64,000 bases of DNA, from NCBI RefSeq assembly GCF_001194135.2, contig NC_068984.1, forward strand, positions 144,641,118 through 144,705,117. The letters are read 5' to 3'. Positions 1 to 10,200 of the stretch are shown in pieces. Position 1 is the stretch's first letter, and every line of letters starts with the position of its first letter. Made by a program: the position numbers and the translations under genes. The stretch is from Octopus bimaculoides. Lineage: Eukaryota. The notes under the pieces were generated by a model that worked only from the letters and a program-made list of their open reading frames with translations, was not told the origin of the DNA and did not search any database.

Positions 1-10
1 TATATATATA

Positions 11-103
11 GGGCCGCGAGCTGGCAGAATCGTTAGCATGCTGGGCAAAATGCTTAACGGTATTTCGTCTGCCGTTACGTTCTGAGTTCAAATTCCACCG
101 AGG
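11..103 (+). mobile_element. 5' head of a tRNA-derived (ATT)n-tailed SINE
   Basis: gcgagctggcagaatcgttagc...ctgagttcaaattcc. Confidence 0.8.
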
Positions 104-665
104 GAAGAAACCAAACTAAGAAGCCCTCAATCCCTATAGGAGCCACGAAGTTCATTGTATTGGTTTGTGAAAGAATGAGAGGAGACAACACACGAAGGAT
201 AGACTGTTGGGGAAAACCATATCCGTATTCTGTTGGCAGAAATATCTGTGATTTCAGTAGGATGTGGATCCCTTCTTAATTACCCTACAGGATTATTTGT
301 AATGGATAATTCTGGATGGCAGGGATACAAATGGAGTGCTCTGGCTCAAGGTTGTAGCTGAGTTCACATCCAAGTGTGAGTCAGTTACCCTCAATGTTTC
401 TTTGGCTTTTTGAATTACCATGTTTACTCATAAACCTCACCCTTAATGTTGTGTTAATCTTGGTGCAAAATTTTTCCCCTTCGTAATTTTAGCTTTGCCC
501 CAAGCATAATCCACACACCAGTTTATTTTTTTTTATAGTTAAAATCAAATATAAAACTGTGTGACTTACACAAAAGCAAACATAATATATCTTTTGAAAT
601 TACTGTATGTTTTTATAAATTTCTATAAATGATTTTTATTTATCAATTCTAATATCAAATTTCAG

Positions 666-783
666 ATGGTCATCAATACTTTTTATGATGATTGGACACA
701 TAGCTGGAATTTCATCCACCAAGGGACTGTACATCTCTTTGGGCCCAATGGTAAAGATCTTTCAAACAGGAGCTGTCCTTGAG
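666..783 (+). CDS. HACD2: HACD exon (first in window, 118 nt)
   Basis: tttcag|A TGG TCA...GTC CTT GAG|gtaaac; encodes (G)WSSILF...FQTGAVLE. Confidence 0.93.
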
Positions 784-1206
784 GTAAACTATTATGTATC
801 ATGAAACTATGAAATTTGTATATCTGTTTCCAGTTACACACAGTCCCCTTTATAAAACATGGGGTAGCCATGTATCCTCTATAGCAACATACCTGTGCTT
901 ATCTGTCTATCATATTTTAACCCCTCAAAAAAAAAAAAAAAGGCATAAAGCCCACCACACTTAGTTGAGGTTTTTTTTTTTCTTTTTTCTGCTCTTTTTC
1001 TGTCTTGCAAATTACTTGGTGTCCTCACTGGTGCTGGTGGCCTGAGAAAAACACCCAGTACATATTGTAAAGTGGTTGGTGTTAGGAAGGGCTTCCAGCT
1101 GTAGAAACCATGCCAAAGCTGACATAAGAGCTTGGTGCAAACCTGCAGCCTGCCAGATCCTGTCAAACTGTCCAACCCATGCCAGCATTAAAAAAATGGA
1201 TGTTAA

Positions 1207-1247
<41 letters not shown>

Positions 1248-4200
1248 ATATACACATATTTACACATGTATGTTCTAACATTCCACTGCTGGCTTCTCAA
1301 TCTTCATAAACCTAAAATTGATCACCATCAAGTGGAACCTTTTATGTATCCCAGCAACCATTTTTGCGCAAAATATTTGTTTAATCATCATCATCCTCAT
1401 CATCATCATCGTTTAATGTCCGCCTTCCATGCTAGCATGGGTTGGACGGTTTGACTGAGGACTGGCGAACCAGATGGCTGCACCAGGCCCCAATCTGATC
1501 TGGCAGAGTTTCTACAGCTGGATGCCCTTCCTAACGCCAACCACTCCGAGAGTGTAGTTTGATAGTTTTTATAAATCAATTCTCATGCTTACTTTTGTAT
1601 TTATTTTCCATCTTTTTTCTCTCTCCCCTTAGGTTTTGCATGTGGCAATTGGAATTGTAAAATCAAACTTAAGGATGACGTTCTTCCAGGTCTTCTCTCG
1701 TCTCTTTGTTGTGTGGGGCATAATGCAACACGTCCCAGAGGTACGGCTCTTCGAATTTATTCTTCTGTGGCATAAATGAACTAATAATGGTTTCAAATTT
1801 TGGCACAAAGCTAGCAATTTCAAGGGAGGGGAGAAACCATTTACATCAGCCCAGTATGCAACTGGTACTTTTTGACCTTGAACGGATGAAAGACAAAGTC
1901 AATCCTGGTGGAATTTGAACTCGCAACATAAAGTTGGAAGAAATGCAGTGAAGCATTTTCTTGGGTGCAGTAATGATTTTACCAGTTTGCCACCCTTAAG
2001 TGGAGTAATGATAATGGATTAAAATTCTTCACTTTATTTAAGAGAGGTTTTCTTCCCAGTTCTTTGTCATCATCATCATCATCGTTCACTGTCCATTTTC
2101 CATGCTGGCATGGGTTGGACAGTTTGACTGAGGTCTGGAAAACCAGTGGCTGCACCAGGCTCCAATCTGATCTGGCAATTTACGTGCCACCGGCACAAGA
2201 GCCAATCAGGCGAGCCTGGCATCGATAGTGTTCGGATAGTGCTTTTTACATTCCACCGGCACAGGAGCCAGCCAGGGGACAATCTGTTATAAATCTGTGA
2301 TTGGGTGGGAATAGATCTTGAATCTTCTATCACCTTTTGCTTGTTTGTCATTGGATTGCGACCATGCTGGAGCTCTGCTTTGAAAAATTTTAGCCAAACA
2401 AATTGGCCCCAGTTGTTGTTTTTCACTATGTTTCAGCTGTGTATACTCCAGCCTTCTTCAGATGTCTTGTGACTCATCTTAGTACCTTGGCTGGGATTGA
2501 ACTCAGAGCTTTTAGGTGCCTGCACTGCATTAACTAGCACCTTTATCCACCATGCTATACCTGTAGGTCCTGTCAGAGTGAATTTTTAAGGCTTATAAAT
2601 CTTCATCGGTACAGAGTAGACATAAGACATCGATGGAGGTTTATAAGCCTTAAAACTTCACCAGATACTACCTACAAGCATAGTGTAGTGGATAAAGGCT
2701 AATGCAGTGCAGGCACCTGTGGGTTCTGAGTTCAGTCCCAGGCAAGGCACCAGGGTGAATCACAAGACACCTGAAGAAGCCTAGAGCATGCACAGCTGAA
2801 ACGTAGTAAAAACCCAAACCAAGATGGCGACAGCATTCCATCTAAACCGTAATATTAAAATACCTCATCCCAGAAATACAGAATTGTAGACATGCAGTGC
2901 CTGATAAACGATGAGGTGGTCACGTGGGAATGCCTTCATCGTCTGCTCGGTCATAGTTAATGCATGACTAAACAATCTTTGGTCCTGAAATTCTGACCCT
3001 TTCTATTTTTTATGAAATAGTGCAGGGGTTCTCAACTGGGGTTCATATGACCCTTGCAGGGGTCCATATATGATTTTATTGTTTCAGTTTATGAGCAATA
3101 AATTGGTTCTGCTTCTATAATACACAAAATCTTTTAACAATTTTTTTGCTGGTTGCACGTAAAAAGCACTATTCGAGTGTAGTCGTTGCTAGTGCCTCCT
3201 GAATGGCTCCTATGCCAGTGGCAGGTAAAAAGCACCATTCAAGTGTGGTTGATACCAGTACCTCCTGACTGGCCCTCATGCTGGTGGCACATAAAAAGCA
3301 CCCACTACACTCTCGGAGTGGTTGGCATTAGGAAGGGCATCCAGCTGTAGAAACCTTGCCAGATCAGATTGGAGTCTGGTTCAGCCTTCTGGCTTTCCAA
3401 ACCCCAGTCGAACAGTCCAACCCATGCCAGCATGGAAAACAGACGTTAAACGATGATGATGACAATTCTTTATTATATTTCATCATAAGAATATAAAAGG
3501 CTTTTTTTAAAGCATCAAATGGCTATAGTGTGTGTGTGGGGGGATGTGTCCACCTGTGTAAAATAAGAGTCATTGGGGTCCATAGGTAAAAATGTGGTTC
3601 CGAATCAATGAATTAGGGTGTTACCAGAATAAGGGACAACAGCTTGGATGAAACGTAGATGGCACACATTGGGGGATGGATGGTGTGGATGAGGGCTGCA
3701 GTTGGTGGTGCATTTGACATGCATCACTGGGGGAAGTTAGTGCACATCTGCAGGTTGTTAGTATTACCTCTGGATATGGAGGAAGCGTGTCTGGAGGTGA
3801 TTGGAATTGATTTGAAGTTGATCGGTTTCAATCTGGAGGTGATTTATGTGCATTTGAAGGTAGTTGACTGACACCAATCGTTGTTCCATTGCTGTGGCTG
3901 TTGTTGTTATGATTGGTGCGGTGATTGGACTGTTATGTTAAGGTTGTTGTAATGCTGTGGTGATTGTTGTTGTTGTAGATAATGACGATGTGTTCTTACT
4001 GCTTGACAGGCCCAAGAAAATGTTGGTGTTGTGATGTTCCTGGTTGCCTGGGTTATTACAGAGATCATCCGTTACACCTATTACTTCTGTATGCTGTTAA
4101 GTATGGTGCCCTACTATCTGATGTGGGCAAGGTAATTAAATCCTTTATTTATTTATTGTCCTTTGCTAAAGTGAACTTGATATGTTTAAGTGGGATTAAC

Positions 4201-7200
4201 ATTGGAAATTAACCAAAGGAAACTGTTGGGTGGAGGCGATGTTAAGGAGTGAGGGAATGAGAAATGACTGCAGATGGGGGTTAGATTAAGAAGAGATTAA
4301 TGTGCAGAGTGATGATTATGGATGTGGTGGGATTAAGAAGAATTTAATTAATCTGAGGCATGGTGGATCAAAAGATGAATGTAGTAGCAGTGTTGGTACA
4401 ACGAAGAGTCTATTTAATCTGAGGAATGATGGCATGAAGAATAACTATAGAGGTGGGTGGTACTGAGAGTTTAATCTAAGAGTTGATCAGCAATTGAGGT
4501 TGCAAGATTGACTTAAGCAGGGTTAGAACCAGGTATAATTCTGTCTGTGTTGAGAGTGTCGTAAACTTGTTGCCACATTAAGCATTACTGCAGTTGATGT
4601 CGATAACTCCACTGGTGTCCTGTGACCCAGTGCTCCTCAAACTATCTGATGTGTCCTACTGGCAGTTGGTTTTTCTCCAATGTGCCAGGGATCGGTAATA
4701 TTTCTTCGTAATATTAATTTATACTGGAAACAATATATATAATCTGTTGTGTCAGGGGAGAGTCATTCTCTTTTGGTGCCTTATAATTTGACACACTCAC
4801 TGGTAAAATTTCCACTTATTTCTTTTTTATTTTTCTAAAATTTTCGTTGCGTTTTGCAACCTTTTCGGTAGTTTTTGACTCTCAAAACTATTGAAAAGGT
4901 TGCAAAACGCAACAAAAATTTTAGAAAAATAAAAAAAGAAATAAGTGGAAATTTTACCAGTGAGTGTGTTAAATTATAAGGCACCAAAAGAGAATGACTC
5001 TCCCCAGACACAACAGAATATGTTTCAACACACGATCTCACATAAAGAATCTTGCGAACCAAATCCAAAAACGAAATATATAAATAATGAATAAAATAAA
5101 AGTTGACAATTTTTTTTTTATCTTATATTTATTTTGTAAACAAATAATACAATATTACATGAGCATTTTATAATGTTTCTTTCTTTTCTGGAAACTCACT
5201 GCATACCGGCAGCTGATGGCTCGCGGACCAGCACTTTGTGTAGCACTGGTGTAACCCATGGGAGTAGAAAGCTAATCTGTTATTGTATTCTTCATTTGTT
5301 CTGTCCATTATAGTTTTTAGAGGAATAGCAATGAGTTCCATTTGTTTGCTTTATTTTTTCCTCATTAGTGATGGAGAGAATTAATGCTCAACAGAGATCA
5401 TACAATGAAAACTAAAATCCAGTTAAAATTAAATTTTCTATATTTTATGTATTTATTGTATCTAAAAGTGAAGGTGCATGGCTCAGTGGTTAGAGCGTCG
5501 AGCTTACAATCATGAGGTTGTGAGTTCGATTCCTGGACTGGGCTGCGTGTTGTGTTCTTGAGCAAGACACTTTATTTCACGTTGCTCCAGTTCACTCATC
5601 TGTAGAAATGAGTTGCGACATCACTGGTACCAAGTTGTATCAGCCCCTTTTGCCTTTCCCTTGGATAACATCAGTGGCATGAAGAAGGGAAGCTGGTATG
5701 CATGGGCGACTGCTGGCCTTCCACAAAAAACCTTGCCTGGATTTGTGCCTCGGAAGGTAACTTTCTAGGTGCAATCCCATGGCCATTCATGACGGAAGGG
5801 GGTCTCCTCCATGTATCTAAAAGATTCATTACCCCAACTGTAGACATGTTTTTACACACACACACGTCAAGTCTGGTGATTGCTTGGTTGGCTGAAACTT
5901 CAAAGTTACTGTCAACAATATTCTTGTTTAAGGATAATAAATTTGTACTCTCCAAAAGTAAGGAGTAACTTTTCCGATATGCAATGTGTACAATTTTTTC
6001 ATATTTTGATTTTTGACAACAAAAGCACATCAATTCTGAATATTTGGTGGAGGTAGACATTTCTGAAATGATATATTTATTTTCTCTGAAAAGCAAAACT
6101 CATATTGTTATCCTAGATATAAGTATGTTATAATATATTCCAATAATGTTATAGGCCTTAACACATAAAGCGCTACAGGCCACGATTGTGGCTGTCAGAC
6201 ACAGGTCAACAGGCCACAGTCGTGGCCCAGATAGATACATTTAATTTATGGGTGTTTGTTGAAATGTCTGTCAAAAGATAGTTCAACTAATGACTTTTCA
6301 GATGAAGTAAAAATTGCCACCATTATATACTAAGAAGATACGAGGGTGAGTCAAAAGTAATGCCATTTTGTTTAGGACAGGTATAATTACCAACACAGGA
6401 ACGTGTATCATCCATCAAAATGAAGCTGGTCCTCTGTGGATCACATCCCTACTTCTCAACATAGTCACCGTTTCTCTCGATAGCAATGTTCCACCTTTGA
6501 ATGAGAGCATGTATCCCTGCCCCGTAAAGTTCTGTTGTCTGTTCTTTGAGCCACTTCTTCACTACAGTTTTTCACTTCCTCATTACTGGACTATCATCTC
6601 TTCGGCCCCATGAAAGAGGGTTTGAGAGGCAAACATTATTCCAGTGACGAGGAAGTGAAAACTGTAGTGAAGAAGTGGCTCAAAGAACAGTCAACAGAAT
6701 TATGCGGGGCAGGGATACATGCTCTCATTCGAAGGTGGAACATTGCTATCGAGAGAAACGGTGACTATGTTGAGAAGTAGGGATGTGATCCACAGAGGAC
6801 CAGCTTCATTTTGATGTATGATACATGTTCTTGTGTTGGTAATTATACCTGTCCTAAACAAAATGGCATTACTTTTTGATTCTCCCTCGTATTTTAACTA
6901 TTTTTTGTTTTTTATGTTTACTTGGTAGTCTCATTTTTATAAAATGTGCTCAGCATTCCATGCTATGTAAGTTCAAATCCCAGCGCTTTATCGGTTAAAC
7001 TTGTTATTTTTCAGAAGTGATATATTTTGATAGTCTAAAAATCTTCCTGGATTTTTGAAATAGTAAATGTGATACACTGATTAATTCATCCTTTGAATTT
7101 ATTTTCAGTCAGTGCAATATACAATCTTTAAATTCTGAATTATCAGTTGTGAATACTTTTGTACAATAATCTAAAAGTTTCAAAAAATATGAATTGTCTT

Positions 7201-10200
7201 TTTGATAATCAACGAGATTAAAATAATTACATGTAACTTTAAAAAAAACTGTAGTTCTCAAGGAGATTCAGTGTGTCACAGAATGTGACATGGTTGGCTC
7301 TTTGAAATACAGGTACTATTAATTTTTGCTAGCTGAGTGGACTGGAGCAATGTGAAATAAAATGTCTTGCTTAAGGATACAACATGTTGCTGGGAATCAA
7401 AGTTATTAGATATAGAAGGTTGACGTATGCCATTTCTGTTGCTAATTAGTTTACAGCTGAAGTTAAATATAACTTTATTTCTATAAAAAATTTTATGAGA
7501 TTTATGATTCTTCTGTAAGTGTTTATCTAATAACTAAAAGAAAATGTTTAGCAATACTTGTGCTTACGCTGGGGCTGAATGGGGTATTGAACCATATTTC
7601 ATGTTTTTGCTTTTATGTATCTGAAAATTGATATCATCTATATAAGTAATTTTACTTTGAAACTCGCTTCATATTAACACTTAATTTTAACACTTCGTTA
7701 TAATAAGGGGCTACTCTAATGAAGGAAGATCTATTGGATGAAATACTGGATAACCATATGCTAACATTTTTCACTAAATTCTAATTATGACAAGTGGGTG
7801 ATTTGAGGCACTATTTGTATTTTGTAACTTTGATTTGATTTCTTAAAAGGTGAGTATTTATTTCTTTTAGATTTAAGATTATATCTAAAAAATGATTTTT
7901 AAATTTGTTTCAACTGTAATTTTTAGGTTTAAATTTTGTAGTGACCTTTTCTGAATCTGCCTGCTTGTTGAGGATTTATATTTATTTTCTGTGATGGTTA
8001 GACCATATTTTAAATTATCTGGCTTATTTACATTTAGAATTCAAATGTAGAAGTATTGAGAAATATGTAAATAAGTTTTTATTAATGATGTGTCTGAAAG
8101 TGAATTTGGCAACAAATAACTTAAAATGCATTGAACGGAATAAAGTTGGAAAGCTACCTGCAGGACATGAACCATGCATCTTATGTTACTCAGAAAAATA
8201 TGCTACTAATTTCACTAAAGCAGCCTAAATTAATATCATTAATAAAGACTTATTCAATTTATTATTTAGCAAATATAAAATACATAGACTAATGAATGAG
8301 TGTAAATTTCTGCGGAGTTTAGCCAATCTCTTGCTATGTACAAACTAACATTACTTTTTTTTAGTCATAAAATATTATCAAAAGCAAATAATGATTTTAT
8401 CTGCATAATTATTTCGATATGTAATTGTTGTCAAAATCTAATGTTCTTTGCAGCAAGGAGTTAATGTGTAGAATTCAATGATATCATGTTGGGTGTTATA
8501 GTTGTTTGTTTTTCACGCTTTTAAACAAAAGATAATAATAATAATAATAATAATAATAGGTAGGTAACATCATTCTGTTATAATGCTAACAATTATCTTG
8601 TCCAATATATTTTTACTCACTATACAGAGCTCAGTTTAAGTTGGCTTTATTAATCTACAAGATAGATAATAGTATATCAAAATTACTGACATGGCTGATG
8701 ACAGTACTGCCTGATTGGCACTCGTGCCAGTGGAACATTAAAAGCACATCCGAACGTGTAACCAGGCCACTTATGAGTACCCCTCATACATTGGACAATG
8801 AACTTTGCTTGCAAAGACCTATGGAGACAAATGTAAGCAAATCAAAGTCACTGACGTGGCCAATGACAGTAACGCCTGATTGGCATTCGTGCCAGTGGAA
8901 CGTTAAAAGCACATCTGAGTGTGATTGTTGCCAGGGTCACGGATTGGCTCCTGTGCTGGTGACATGTGAAAAGCACAATTCAAGCATGATCGTTGCCAAC
9001 GTCGCCTTGCTAGCATGTGTCGGTGGCATGTGAAAAACAACATTCGAGCGTGGTCTTTGCCAGTGCTGCCAGACTGGCTCCTGTGCAGGTAGCACGTAAA
9101 AACACCTTTTGAGTGTGGTCATTGCCAGAACTGCCTGACTGGCTCTCATGCGGGTGGCACGTAGAAACACCCACCCCACTCTCAGAGTGGTTGGCATTAG
9201 GAAGGGCATCCAGCTGTAGAAACTCTGCCAGATCAGATTGAGCCTGGTGCAGCCTCTAGCTCACCAGTCCTCAGTCAAACCATCCAACCCATGCCAGCAT
9301 GGAAAGCGGACGTTAAACAACAATGATGATGATGATGATGATGATCTCTCTGTCTCTCATATATGTATGTATGTGTGTGTGTGTGATATATACACATCCA
9401 CACATGGTAGAAAGGACTCTATTCTCACCAAGCACAAGACAACCTCTGTAGTGCTGGTGCTCTGATAGATGCTTCCAGCGCACTCTGTTGAGTGATTGGT
9501 AACAGGAAGAGCGGTTTGCTGTAGGAATAATAAAAGATGCAAGCAAATTGCAGTTCTTGAGTTGTTTAGGAAGGGGCAGTGAGTCCCAGTAAGAAATAAC
9601 CCCATAGTGCCCCTTCTTATAGAAAAGCAGACATGAAAGGATGATGGTGATGCATTGACACATATATATACTGGTGAGTGTATGAATTATATAGGTGGAT
9701 CTCCATGGAAACATTACAGAAATTGAGGAAAGGAGAGAGGAGAGAGAGAGCAACAAAAACAGAAGCATGAGAAGACCCAGGTCCATGAGCCCCAGGGGTG
9801 GGGTGGCTGCTGCAGCAAGTGTTGTTGGCCATTATCCATAGCGACACCTTAGCAGTCGTGTGCAAAATAAATACACCATTAGATCTGGGGCATACAACCC
9901 GTTACCCCCTCCCATCTTCTGCTGTTTAATCCCTCCACAACTATTTTTCTATTTTTGTTGTTTCCTTGGTGAGATAGTTATGGGTTTTTTTCTTGATAAT
10001 TTGACCTTTTATACTTTTGAATATTTTTTTTTTTCCGTCATTAAGAAATAAAGAAGAGCATTGGAAAGGACAGAAGGAAGCACATTGGCAACCTTGCTAA
10101 GCAAGCAGAAAACAGCAGCAGGAAGAGGGAAATTGAAAAGATCTGTAAAAGTTGATTGGAAAACTAAGAGGCCAAGTTTCAACAGACAAATAAGTTGATA

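Larger units (their letters stand above)
2418..2812. mobile_element. Foldback element: two divergent tRNA-like (Pol III box) + hammerhead-motif units
   Basis: Arms about 2418-2610 and 2629-2812 are reverse complements with scattered substitutions. The right arm has A-box-like TAGTGTAGTGG (2681-2691), B-box-like GAGTTCAGTCC (2728-2738) and CTGAAGA...GAAAC (2771-2802). Confidence 0.85.

Noticed and set aside
5470-5545. tRNA gene
   Set aside because: The A/B boxes continue into a SINE body shared with other copies and no full cloverleaf is evident.
7795-7849. Possible poison exon in HACD intron (strong AAG|gtgagt donor, in-frame TGA)
   Set aside because: The acceptor is weak (aag, poor pyrimidine tract) and there is no independent evidence.
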